This document shows, piece after piece, positions 19,048 through 27,457 of a DNA stretch of 64,000 nucleotides. Origin of the DNA: Candidatus Magasanikiibacteriota bacterium (GTDB taxonomy: Bacteria; Patescibacteriota; Patescibacteriia; Magasanikbacterales; UBA922); the NCBI GenBank assembly GCA_042218065.1, contig JBDGRL010000012.1:4244-68243 (forward strand), in the 5' to 3' direction. Within the stretch, counting starts at the first letter, position 1, and the number at the start of each line of letters is the position of its first letter. The notes under the pieces were generated by a model. That model did no database searches and had not been told where the DNA came from. It saw nothing but the letters and a program-made list of their open reading frames with translations. The translations under genes and the position numbers were made by a program.

Positions 19048-19109
19048 AGATTTTAAAGTATGAGTGCGGTGCTTGTCCACTCATGCCTTTAATCCGCTAG
19101 TTATTTTCA

Positions 19110-19541
19110 ATGTTTATAGGAGAGTACACCCACAAGTTAGATGATAAAGGTCGTCTCCTTATACCAAAAAAATTTAGAGATGACCTTAAAGATGGGGCGG
19201 TAGTGACCCGAGGATTAGATGATTGTTTGTTTATGTATACAAAAAATGAATGGGGGCAGTTGGCTGAAGAGTTAGCTGACTTGCCATTCGCTCAATCTAA
19301 TTCTCGGGCTTTCACTCGCCTCATGCTTGCGGGTGCTATGGATGTTGATATTGATTCAAAGGGGAGGATAGTAGTTCCGGATTATTTGCGAGAATTTGCG
19401 GATTTAGACAAAGAAGTGATTATAGCCGGCCTCTATAGTCGTCTCGAACTATGGGATAAAGAAAAATGGGCTGAGTACAAACAAAAGACTGAAGATAATA
19501 GTGGGGAGATTGCCGAAAAGATGTCTGATTTAGGAATATAA
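19110..19541 (+). CDS. mraZ: Transcriptional regulator MraZ
   Basis: 143 aa. It begins MFIGEYTHKLDDKGRLLIPKKFR and has a second SpoVT-AbrB repeat, DSKGRIVVPDYLR. Confidence 0.95.
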   Translation: MFIGEYTHKLDDKGRLLIPKKFRDDLKDGAVVTRGLDDCLFMYTKNEWGQLAEELADLPFAQSNSRAFTRLMLAGAMDVDIDSKGRIVVPDYLREFADLDKEVIIAGLYSRLELWDKEKWAEYKQKTEDNSGEIAEKMSDLGI

Positions 19542-19544
19542 GCT

Positions 19545-20441
19545 ATGGACAGACATAAACCTGTACTTGTTAAAGAAGTGATAGAAAATTTGAACCTATC
19601 TGCTGGTGACAATGCTATAGATTGCACTGTAGGAGATGGTGGTCACAGTGAAAGAATCTTGCAAGAAACTGGCCCAGATGGAAGGTTATTAGCTTTAGAT
19701 GCCGACCCTGAGTCTTTACAAAGATCCAAAGAATTTTTAGAAAATTTTTCAGAGAGGATTATTTTTGTTCGAGAAAATTTTAAGAATTTAGAGCAATTAG
19801 TAAAAAAAGAGGATTTTGAGCATATAAAAGCAGTTTTGTTTGATTTAGGTTGGTCTACAGACCAGCTAGAGAGAGGAAAGGGCTTTAGTTTTGATAAAGA
19901 CGAGCCTCTGGATATGCGTTATGATAACGAAGGAAGAACAGCAGCAGATATAGTCAATAATTTTGACAAGACAAAATTAGAGTTTATATTTCGCAGATTA
20001 GGCGAGGAAGATTTTAGTGAGCAAATCTCTGCTTCGATAGTAGAGAAAAGAGAGGAGGAGCAAATACAAACTACAGAAGACTTAAGGAAGCTAGTTTTAG
20101 AAGTGTACAGAAAGCAATTGAACTCTGATAAAGAGGTGCCCTGGGTAGGCGGTAAGCATCCTGCAACAAATGTATTTCAGGCTTTAAGGATAGCTGTAAA
20201 TAAAGAACTAAAAACACTCAGAAGCGCCCTTCCACAAGCATTAGAAGTTTTAGATTCAGGAGGAAGTATGGCTGTTATTAGTTTCCATTCTTTAGAAGAT
20301 AGAATAGTAAAGCACTTTTTCAAAGATAATAAGGGTAATTTAAAGATTATAACTTCCAGTCCTATAACACCTACTTCAGAGGAAATAGAATCCAATCCTA
20401 GTTCTCGTTCTGCTAAATTAAGAGTAGCACAAAAACTATGA
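19545..20441 (+). CDS. rsmH: 16S rRNA (cytosine1402-N4)-methyltransferase RsmH
   Basis: 298 aa. Motifs HKPVL, DCTVGDGGHS, DLGWSTDQL and SFHSLEDRIVK are present. Confidence 0.95.
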   Translation: MDRHKPVLVKEVIENLNLSAGDNAIDCTVGDGGHSERILQETGPDGRLLALDADPESLQRSKEFLENFSERIIFVRENFKNLEQLVKKEDFEHIKAVLFDLGWSTDQLERGKGFSFDKDEPLDMRYDNEGRTAADIVNNFDKTKLEFIFRRLGEEDFSEQISASIVEKREEEQIQTTEDLRKLVLEVYRKQLNSDKEVPWVGGKHPATNVFQALRIAVNKELKTLRSALPQALEVLDSGGSMAVISFHSLEDRIVKHFFKDNKGNLKIITSSPITPTSEEIESNPSSRSAKLRVAQKL

Positions 20442-20779
20442 GAGAATATTCTACTAAAAACTCAAGAAAAGCAAAAAGAAAAAAATGGAAGAGGTTTTTT
20501 CTTGGCACAACCTTTCGATTAATTTTAATTGGTTTGATATTGCTGTTTTCAACTATGTATATTATAGAAACCAGCTCCATTGCTGCTAGTGGTTATAAAA
20601 TCTCTAGTTTAAAGCAAAAGATAGAAAAATTAGAAAATAAAAATCAAAGATTAAAGGTCAAAATTGCACGTAAAAGCTCTATTAACAGCATTACAGATCG
20701 GATCGATCAAGAAGAATATGTGCCGATAAAAAATGCAGAGTATATCTCACTAGAAGGCACCTCTGTAGTGAAGAAATAA
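20438..20779 (+). CDS. FtsL-like cell-division protein
   Basis: 113 aa with a basic N-terminus, a single TM segment and then a coiled coil (LKQKIEKLENKNQRLKVKI). Its position right after rsmH fits FtsL. Confidence 0.6.
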   Translation: MREYSTKNSRKAKRKKWKRFFLGTTFRLILIGLILLFSTMYIIETSSIAASGYKISSLKQKIEKLENKNQRLKVKIARKSSINSITDRIDQEEYVPIKNAEYISLEGTSVVKK

Positions 20780-20806
20780 AAATTAAATAAACACACAAAT
20801 GTACTT

Positions 20807-20830
20807 AGCCGTCTTGGACGGCTTTTTTAT
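20807..20830 (+). terminator. Rho-independent terminator
   Basis: Stem AGCCGTC/GACGGCT with loop TTGG, followed by TTTTTT. Confidence 0.7.
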
Positions 20831-20885
20831 TTATTAGATATTCAACATTATGCTAAAATAATAACTAGAAATATGATTCAAAAAT

Positions 20886-21233
20886 ATGTTTTATCAGAAA
20901 CTAATAGGTAGATTTTTTTTCAGTTTTGTTTATACACCTTTCTGGTGGTATACAAGAGGTCTTGTCAGAGCTTTTTATTTTTGCAAAAGATTATTAAAAA
21001 TTGGAAATAAAAACTTAGTACCGATGCTTTGGTTGAGGAATATTTTTGTCCCTATGTTTGGTCAAAGAGATTGGCAGGGCAGAATTGTTAGTTTTTTTAT
21101 GCGGCTAGCGAATGTTTTTGGTAGGAGCTTAGCTTTATTTTTGTGGTTTATAATCGTATCTCTTGTATTTTTTGTATGGGTATCTTTGCCTGTCTTTGTT
21201 TTGACTATGCTTTTATTTTCTTTATTTAATTGA
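20886..21233 (+). CDS. Hypothetical small membrane protein
   Basis: 115 aa with two or three hydrophobic segments. It abuts or overlaps the downstream AAA+ gene. Confidence 0.6.
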   Translation: MFYQKLIGRFFFSFVYTPFWWYTRGLVRAFYFCKRLLKIGNKNLVPMLWLRNIFVPMFGQRDWQGRIVSFFMRLANVFGRSLALFLWFIIVSLVFFVWVSLPVFVLTMLLFSLFN

Positions 21234-21238
21234 AGGTT

Positions 21239-23917
21239 ATGGATTTTTCAGAGACAGAAAAATTACCACTTCAGAGGCAAGATGGACAGGTGTACTTTCA
21301 GGAGGGTAAGAATGCTTGGTATTTCGGCCAGAAATTAGATCATAATGAGATTCAATATCGTAGGTATAAGGGTTTAGTAGATAAATTACAGATCGGTTTA
21401 TTGACATTGTTTGCTTTATTTTGCTTCGTTTTATTTTATTTGTTTTTACCAGAATCTTCTTTATTATTCTCTTTTAAGTTTTGGTTGAACCCCGATCCTC
21501 TTCTGGCTTGGTTTTGGTTGGGGGTATTAAGTATTTTATATGTTTGGGCTAGAGTTCTGATTTTAAACCATAAGGACTTAAAGGTATTTGATTACCAGGA
21601 GAAAGATTTTAAGCAGAAAAATCCCTCTGGATCTGATTTATCAAAATCTGGAGCTGAAAATTTATCTAAAAAGAGCAATAAAGATTTAACTAAATATTTC
21701 ACAAAAGACTGTAGGAAAATTATAGATAGAGCTTATAGACTAGCTGATAAGAATAATATAAAAGAGGTAAGTCCAGAAGTTATTTTTTATTCACTTTTAT
21801 TTAATGAAAGAATTTCTAGTATTTTTGTAAGATTGAATTTACCAGTAGATCAGATTAAAGAGAAGTTTTCTGAAATTATTTCGGGAAGTACTCAATTAGA
21901 ACCTAAACTAAAAGACGGTTTTTATCAGACAATTTTTCTTGCATATAAGATAGCACGAAAAGAGAAACAAGAACATATTGATGTTACAGAACTTATCTTA
22001 GCTACAGTGCAAAATTCAAATCAGCTTCAAGAATTTCTTTATGATTTAAAAGTAGATATGGAAAAGTTACAGAAAGTAGTAGAATGGGTTCGTATTAGAT
22101 CTAGATTAAGAAAAAGGTATAGAAGGAGACAAAAAGAGGCTGCTTACAGAAGTGAAGCAGGTATTGATAGAGCAATGACCTCAGTAGCTACCCCTTATTT
22201 AAACAAATTTAGCCAAGATCTTACATTTTTGGCTCAGAAATCTCAACTAGAATCCTGTGTGGCTAGAAAAAAAGAGATTGATGAGATCTTTCGAGTAATA
22301 GAAACAGGAAGACAAAGTGTATTGTTAACTGGAGAAATAGGTGTTGGGAAAAGCACTTTAGTTAATGGTATAGCTCAAAGAATGATAGGCAAAAATATTC
22401 CTAAAGAGTTGGAAGAAAAAAGGCTGGTAAAGCTTTCAATTTCTAAATTACTAGCGGGTACTAGTGTAAGCGGTGCTCAACAAAGGTTAATAAATATAAT
22501 GCAAGAAGTAGCAAAAGCCGGGAATGTCGTGCTATTTATAGATGGCATAGATAAATTGATGGGAGCTCAGACGGATAAAGGTTCCAGTTTAGATGTAGCA
22601 GGAACTTTGGCTGAATACCTAAGTTCTGGTAGATTTTTGACTATCGCAGTTACCACAAATAAAGGGTACAATAGACAGATAGTCAACACTCAGCTGGATA
22701 CGATTTTCTCTCGGGTAAACATAGAAGAGATGGATTTGGACCAAACTATAAAGGTTTTGGAGTCGAAAGCAGGCCTAATTGAACACCAACAAAATATATT
22801 TTTCTCTTATAAGGGACTTGAGCAGTCTGCGGAATTAGCAGAAAAATTTATTCAGCAAAAAAATCTACCAGAGAGTGCTATTGAAATAATGACTCAAGCA
22901 GCTAGCTATAGTAGAAGCCAGAAAGGTGAGAAGTCTTTGGTACTAGAAGAAGATGTATCAGAGGTGGTGAGTGATAAGACCGGCATTCCTACTACTTCGT
23001 TGACGGAAGAGGAGTCAGAGAAACTAATGAAACTGGAAGAAAAAATGCATGAAAGAATTATTGGTCAAGATGAGGCGGTGGAAATGGTATCAAACGCGCT
23101 TCGTAGAGCCAGGACAGAGGTTCGATCTGAGGACAAGCCAATCTCTACTTTTCTCTTCTTGGGACCAACCGGGGTGGGTAAGACTGAGCTAGCAAAAACA
23201 ATTTCTTCGACTTATTTTGGTGGAGAAGAGAAAATGATCCGCATAGATATGAGTGAATACCAAGACAAACAATCTGTTTATAGATTAATAGGTCAACCTA
23301 ATGAGCAAGGTACCGGCCTTCTTACTCAGCAAGTCCGCGAAAATCCATTTTCGTTGTTGTTGTTAGATGAGTTGGAAAAATCAAGTCAGGATGTACAAAA
23401 TCTATTCTTACAAGCCTTTGATGACGGGAAGTTGACTGATAGCGTAGGTAGAGAGGTTGATTTTACCAACACCATCATTATTGCTACCTCTAATGCAGGT
23501 ACTGAGTATGTGCAGAAAGAACTAGAAAAAGGAAAAGAACTAGAAGATATAAAAGAAAAACTCATACGAGGAAAGCTGCAAGAATATTATCCCCCTGAGT
23601 TTTTAAACAGATTTGATGGAATAGTGCTGTTTAAATCTTTGAAAAAAGAAGAAGTAAAGCAAATTGCTGATCTGATGCTGGAGCGAGTACGAGAAGATAT
23701 GGAAGATAAGGGTATAAAACTAGAAATTACCGAAGGTGCACTTGAGTCTCTAGTAGAAGAAGGCTATGACCCTCAGTTTGGAGCTAGACCGATGCAGAGA
23801 GCTATTCAGGATAATATAGAAAATAAACTAGCAGAACTAGTACTAGAGGATGATTTAGATCGTAGAGATGAGGTAACTATTAAAAAAGATTTTGAGGTAG
23901 ATGTAAAAAGAAAATAA
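21239..23917 (+). CDS. Membrane-anchored Clp/Hsp100-family AAA+ ATPase
   Basis: It has N-terminal TM helices, a Clp_N-like repeat, D1 Walker A GEIGVGKST and D2 GPTGVGKTE/LLLLDELEK. The start is ambiguous between the track TTG at 21230 and the first ATG at 21239. Confidence 0.85.
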   Translation: MDFSETEKLPLQRQDGQVYFQEGKNAWYFGQKLDHNEIQYRRYKGLVDKLQIGLLTLFALFCFVLFYLFLPESSLLFSFKFWLNPDPLLAWFWLGVLSILYVWARVLILNHKDLKVFDYQEKDFKQKNPSGSDLSKSGAENLSKKSNKDLTKYFTKDCRKIIDRAYRLADKNNIKEVSPEVIFYSLLFNERISSIFVRLNLPVDQIKEKFSEIISGSTQLEPKLKDGFYQTIFLAYKIARKEKQEHIDVTELILATVQNSNQLQEFLYDLKVDMEKLQKVVEWVRIRSRLRKRYRRRQKEAAYRSEAGIDRAMTSVATPYLNKFSQDLTFLAQKSQLESCVARKKEIDEIFRVIETGRQSVLLTGEIGVGKSTLVNGIAQRMIGKNIPKELEEKRLVKLSISKLLAGTSVSGAQQRLINIMQEVAKAGNVVLFIDGIDKLMGAQTDKGSSLDVAGTLAEYLSSGRFLTIAVTTNKGYNRQIVNTQLDTIFSRVNIEEMDLDQTIKVLESKAGLIEHQQNIFFSYKGLEQSAELAEKFIQQKNLPESAIEIMTQAASYSRSQKGEKSLVLEEDVSEVVSDKTGIPTTSLTEEESEKLMKLEEKMHERIIGQDEAVEMVSNALRRARTEVRSEDKPISTFLFLGPTGVGKTELAKTISSTYFGGEEKMIRIDMSEYQDKQSVYRLIGQPNEQGTGLLTQQVRENPFSLLLLDELEKSSQDVQNLFLQAFDDGKLTDSVGREVDFTNTIIIATSNAGTEYVQKELEKGKELEDIKEKLIRGKLQEYYPPEFLNRFDGIVLFKSLKKEEVKQIADLMLERVREDMEDKGIKLEITEGALESLVEEGYDPQFGARPMQRAIQDNIENKLAELVLEDDLDRRDEVTIKKDFEVDVKRK

Positions 23918-23933
23918 TTTCATAAATAAAAAT

Positions 23934-23955
23934 AGCCCAGGATTAATTCTGGGCT
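23934..23955. terminator. Hairpin between convergent units (better T-tail on the minus strand)
   Basis: Stem AGCCCA/TGGGCT with a roughly 10-nt loop. The minus strand continues ATTTTTATTTATG. Confidence 0.45.
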
Positions 23956-23982
23956 GTAAATGGAGATTTTTACTATCACCAC

Positions 23983-24093
23983 TTACCACAAACCTTCCTC
24001 GACAGCTGGCTTGTCGATGCCGCCCCCCTTTTTTATCTCTGGTTCAGATTCACCACCATTTTTCTTTTTAAATTCTTTTTCTGTTTTTATCAT
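23983..24093 (-). CDS. Possible 36-aa peptide (MIKTEKEFKKKNGGESEPEIKKGGGIDKPAVEEGLW) or small RNA unit
   Basis: This is an internal ATG of track ORF 23983..24255. On the minus strand a TATAAT sits about 15 nt upstream, and the terminator hairpin at 23934-23955 follows. There is no SD. Confidence 0.3.
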   Translation of the reverse strand: MIKTEKEFKKKNGGESEPEIKKGGGIDKPAVEEGLW

Positions 24094-24180
24094 TATATTT
24101 GTCCAATGATTATAATTTGAGCTATCTTTAATTCGACAATTGCATTTTAAAAATAGTATAAAAATTGTAAAATAAAAGTA

Positions 24181-24202
24181 CCCAGCAGCTTTAGCCACTG
24201 GG
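24181..24202 (-). terminator. Putative terminator of the G+C-rich minus-strand gene
   Basis: The minus strand reads CCCAGtggctaaagctgCTGGG followed by TACTTTTATTTT. It lies 50 nt after the stop at 24252. Confidence 0.45.
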
Positions 24203-24251
24203 TGTGGTGTGACCGTGCCCGTAGAGTCGGCGGGGGTAGGTCGGAATACCC

Positions 24252-24617
24252 TCAATCCTTGAGGTAGACGTCGACGATGATCGGTGGATTTTTGTCATCG
24301 TTGACTACGGTGATTTCGGCTCGGAACCGCTCGTCTTCGAGAGCGAGTTTGTTGAGATCCGTTTCGACCACTTCTTTCATTTCGGCGAGAGCTTCCTCTA
24401 GTGAACTGTAACTTTTATTTGTGGACCATTTCAACCTTTGATTGTAAATCTGTGCGTGTCCCTGCAACCGGGCGCAGTTTGCCGTGTTGGCGATCAGCTG
24501 CCCGTATTGTGAACTGAAATTGTGCGGTACGCACGAATTCGTTGCAAGCACTGTCGGCTTCTTTTTCAGAGCGAGTGTTTGGGCGATCTGGAGCTGTCCT
24601 TGGTCTTCGAACGACAT
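24252..24617 (-). CDS. Hypothetical 121-aa protein encoded in G+C-rich island 1
   Basis: The ATG at 24617 (MSFEDQGQLQ...) is preceded by GAGG plus 6 nt. By hand count, 24 of the first 40 third codon positions are G/C, against AT-rich third positions in neighbouring genes. I recognise no family. Confidence 0.65.
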   Translation of the reverse strand: MSFEDQGQLQIAQTLALKKKPTVLATNSCVPHNFSSQYGQLIANTANCARLQGHAQIYNQRLKWSTNKSYSSLEEALAEMKEVVETDLNKLALEDERFRAEITVVNDDKNPPIIVDVYLKD

Positions 24618-24684
24618 GGTGTACCTCGATTGCTTTGGGAGCGAAAAGAGCGAAACAATTCCCCAGCAACGGGAAATCAAGTGC

Positions 24685-24711
24685 AACTTATCATATATAT
24701 ATTGATGTCAA
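24685..24711 (-). promoter_or_regulatory. Candidate host-type promoter driving the island-1 gene
   Basis: On the minus strand: TTGACA (24711-24706), a 15-nt spacer ending TGa, then TAAGTT (24690-24685). This is the same extended -10 sequence as at 18089-18097. The spacer is shorter than optimal. Confidence 0.35.
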
Positions 24712-24715
24712 GTAA

Positions 24716-25780
24716 ATGACTTTATTTTTTTACTTTTTAACAACTTTTCTGCTAAGTTTAGTTATAACTTGGGCAATTAAACTATATATGAAACAGCAGG
24801 AGATAGTAGACAAAGCCAAAAGCATACAAAGAAAGATACACGATGAGGATAAGCCACTAGGTGGCGGGGCAGCTATTTATTTATCTTTTTTTATACCAAC
24901 AGCTATAGCTTTTTATTTATCGGATATCGGAACCACTATAAATGGTGGCTATTTATTAGCTATAGCTACCAGTGGAGCAATAATTGTTTTAGGTGGGTTA
25001 TTGGATGATATTTATAATCTTAAATACTATTGGCAGTTTATAGCACCCGTGCTGGCTGTGGTCATAATTATTTTTTTTGGTATAGGACCAGAAGTTATTA
25101 CAAACCCGTTCGGAGGAGTTTTTCGTTTGAATAACTTAGTTTTGAGCTTCGGATCCGTTAAATGGGTATTGCTGAGTGATATTATAGTGTTTTTTTGGTT
25201 GATGGGTATGATGTTTACCACTAAACTTTTGGACGGGCTGGACGGATTGGTAGCAGGTTTGGTGGCTATTGGCGGCTTGATGATTTTCTTTTTATCGCTT
25301 CAGCCACAATGGTATCAACCCGAGATGTCGGTTATATCAATCATTTTCGCTGCTAGTTGTCTTGGTTTTTTGTTCTGGAATTGGCATCCAGCAAGTATAT
25401 TCTTGGGGGAGTCTGGCAGTCTGTTGGTTGGATTTATATTAGGTACTTTAGCTATCATATCGGGGGGTAAAATAGCGACTGCATTGTTGGTGATGGGGAT
25501 TCCCATTTTGGATGTTGTCAGGGTTGTGTTTATGCGTGTCAAAAAGGGTAAGTCTGTTTTTAGGGGTGATAAAGAGCATTTACATTTCAGGCTGATAAGT
25601 AATGGGTTGAATCAAAGACAAGCTGTACTTTTATTTTACGCGATATCTTTTTTGTTTGGTATAACTACTTTATTTTTGCAGAGTAAACAGAAACTGATTG
25701 CTTTGCTGTTTTTAGCTGTTTTGATGCTGTTAGTTGGTATATGGTTTTTAAAGCAAGATTCTAATAATACAAGTACTTAA
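24716..25780 (+). CDS. MraY/WecA-family polyprenyl-phosphate HexNAc-1-phosphate transferase
   Basis: 354-aa polytopic protein. Motifs are LLDDIYNLK, KLLDGLDGL, NWHPASIFLGESGS and GDKEHLHFRL. The last motif looks more like WecA than MraY. Confidence 0.85.
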   Translation: MTLFFYFLTTFLLSLVITWAIKLYMKQQEIVDKAKSIQRKIHDEDKPLGGGAAIYLSFFIPTAIAFYLSDIGTTINGGYLLAIATSGAIIVLGGLLDDIYNLKYYWQFIAPVLAVVIIIFFGIGPEVITNPFGGVFRLNNLVLSFGSVKWVLLSDIIVFFWLMGMMFTTKLLDGLDGLVAGLVAIGGLMIFFLSLQPQWYQPEMSVISIIFAASCLGFLFWNWHPASIFLGESGSLLVGFILGTLAIISGGKIATALLVMGIPILDVVRVVFMRVKKGKSVFRGDKEHLHFRLISNGLNQRQAVLLFYAISFLFGITTLFLQSKQKLIALLFLAVLMLLVGIWFLKQDSNNTST

Positions 25781-25789
25781 TATTTTTTT

Positions 25790-26245
25790 ATGAAATTCCG
25801 GTTTAAATACTTATTTGTAGCTGTTTTTTTGGTTTCTGCTGTATTTTTGTATTTCACTTATGATGATTTTGACACAGCTCGGATTAAACTTGGTGGCGAG
25901 CAATTAAGAGTTTTGGTGGCAGAAACTAGATATCAAAAATATAAGGGTTTAGGTGGCAGGAGAGGGTTAGATGAGTATGATGGTATGTTATTTAAGTATT
26001 TTCCTCCAAGAAAAGTCGGGATTGTAATGCGGGATATGAAATTTCCTATTGATATAGTCTGGTTGAATGATGGTAAAGTAGTGGATATAGCTCCAAATGT
26101 TCAACCTCAACCAGATACTACAGAGGAAAAGCTTAAAGTGTATCGTCCTAGAAAAAAGGCTAATTTAGTAGTAGAGCTACCTGCTGGTTGGAGTAAAAAA
26201 CATAGTTTAGAAATAGGAAATAAAATTAAAATTTTAAAACAGTGA
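25790..26245 (+). CDS. DUF192 family protein
   Basis: 151 aa with an N-terminal TM segment. The region GLGGRRGLDEYDGMLFKY...MRDMKFPIDIVWL matches the DUF192 pattern. Confidence 0.75.
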   Translation: MKFRFKYLFVAVFLVSAVFLYFTYDDFDTARIKLGGEQLRVLVAETRYQKYKGLGGRRGLDEYDGMLFKYFPPRKVGIVMRDMKFPIDIVWLNDGKVVDIAPNVQPQPDTTEEKLKVYRPRKKANLVVELPAGWSKKHSLEIGNKIKILKQ

Positions 26246-26259
26246 TTTAAAATAAAAAA

Positions 26260-26282
26260 AGGCTATTCCCCCCAAATAGCCT
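26260..26282. terminator. Bidirectional terminator hairpin between convergent genes
   Basis: An 8-bp stem AGGCTATT/AATAGCCT with a 7-nt C-rich loop, an A-run upstream and a T-rich stretch downstream. Confidence 0.6.
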
Positions 26283-26291
26283 TATTGTCCT

Positions 26292-27143
26292 TCATTTGGT
26301 TTTAATCTTCGGAATTTGTGCAAAGCTTAAGTTTATTTTCAAAGTGCTAAGTTCGACTTTATGATTTAGTCTCTCTATAGGTAGGCTCATCAAAGAAAAC
26401 GCAGCTCTCTTTAGTTCGGGGTACTGGTTTGTCAACACTTGTAAATAAATGATGGCAGATGTCATTTTCTTACATTCTTTCCATCTCTTTACTTCCGGAC
26501 CATTAATCATTTCTTTCGGTATATGGTATTTTTTCGCTTTTTCCAACAGTTTTTGGAGGCTTTTAACATACTCGATTCCAGCCTGTATTCTTTTTTGCTG
26601 TTCGGATAGGAGTTCTTTTATTTCTTTCTCTTTTTTCTCTATTCTTCTAACAGCTTCTTCAATTTCTGGGTCTTCACTATTAATTTTGGATATTTTCTGA
26701 TTTACTTTGTTCAGTTCCTTCTTAAGTTTATTTTTATCCTTCTTCAAACTTTTTCGAAAACCTTTCATCAAATCCATATAATCCTGAAGCTTGCTTTTGA
26801 TCATACTTTCGTGTTCTTCCATGTATTTCTGAACCCACTTGTTACCTTTAGAGCAGATCTTTAGTACTTGTTCTTTTTTTATGCTTTTGCAAGTAGGTGC
26901 TTTACTACTGGTTAACAAGTCGAACCCTTCTTCAGTGATTTTGTTGAGATACTTTCTTGATTTGCTCTTACTGCTCGTTTTTTTGAGGACTTTTTTAGCC
27001 TTACCAATGTTCCAAAAGAATGCCTGCAACTGAGCGCTCTTTTCACAACTCCATTTGTTGTTTTTTTCTGCGAAAGCTTGACAGCAGAAAATAGTGATCA
27101 TAGAAAAGATGGCAACACCGATCGTGTAAGCACTTCTTTTCAT
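26292..27143 (-). CDS. Hypothetical secreted coiled-coil protein
   Basis: 283 aa with a signal peptide and a K/E-rich helical body. A strong SD, AGGAGGTAACA, precedes the ATG. Confidence 0.7.
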   Translation of the reverse strand: MKRSAYTIGVAIFSMITIFCCQAFAEKNNKWSCEKSAQLQAFFWNIGKAKKVLKKTSSKSKSRKYLNKITEEGFDLLTSSKAPTCKSIKKEQVLKICSKGNKWVQKYMEEHESMIKSKLQDYMDLMKGFRKSLKKDKNKLKKELNKVNQKISKINSEDPEIEEAVRRIEKKEKEIKELLSEQQKRIQAGIEYVKSLQKLLEKAKKYHIPKEMINGPEVKRWKECKKMTSAIIYLQVLTNQYPELKRAAFSLMSLPIERLNHKVELSTLKINLSFAQIPKIKTK

Positions 27144-27400
27144 TGTTACCTCCTGAAGCTGTGCTTGGAAGGAGCGAACTTTAGCTCAAGCCTTATAATA
27201 TAAGAAAACTTTAATTTTGTCAATGTAGATACACTAAACTTAAAAATTCGTATTTGTAGAATATAAGACCGTTGTTAACTTAGAGCGTTTAACCTATCTC
27301 TCGATTTAGCATACTTGTCTGAATAGTGAATTTCAAAAGTATTCCAAATCTGCTTAAAGCATTCTTTCAGTGGTTCTTATCTCTGAAAATACTTGCATTC

Positions 27401-27429
27401 TTGACAGAAAGACAAATTTTAGATAAAAT
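27401..27429 (+). promoter_or_regulatory. Sigma70-like promoter of rplU
   Basis: TTGACA (27401-27406), a 17-nt spacer, then TAAAAT (27424-27429). Confidence 0.55.
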
Positions 27430-27457
27430 ACTTGCGCTGAAAATAAGTAAAATAAAT

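Noticed and set aside
24415-24719. ORFs 24415..24669(-), 24484..24705(+) and 24522..24719(+), and the N-terminal extension of 24252..24686(-).
   Set aside because: This is the same high-GC open-frame artefact. The ATG at 24686 lies upstream of the predicted transcription start and has no SD, whereas the ATG at 24617 has GAGG at the correct spacing.
27326-27457. N-terminal extensions of track ORFs: rplU from 27326, the dehydrogenase from 30388, GT4 from 31550 and the hypothetical from 18098.
   Set aside because: The extensions start at non-ATG codons or run through predicted promoter boxes. The internal ATGs give canonical N-termini (for example MFAVIETGGKQY for L21) or sit behind clear SD sequences.
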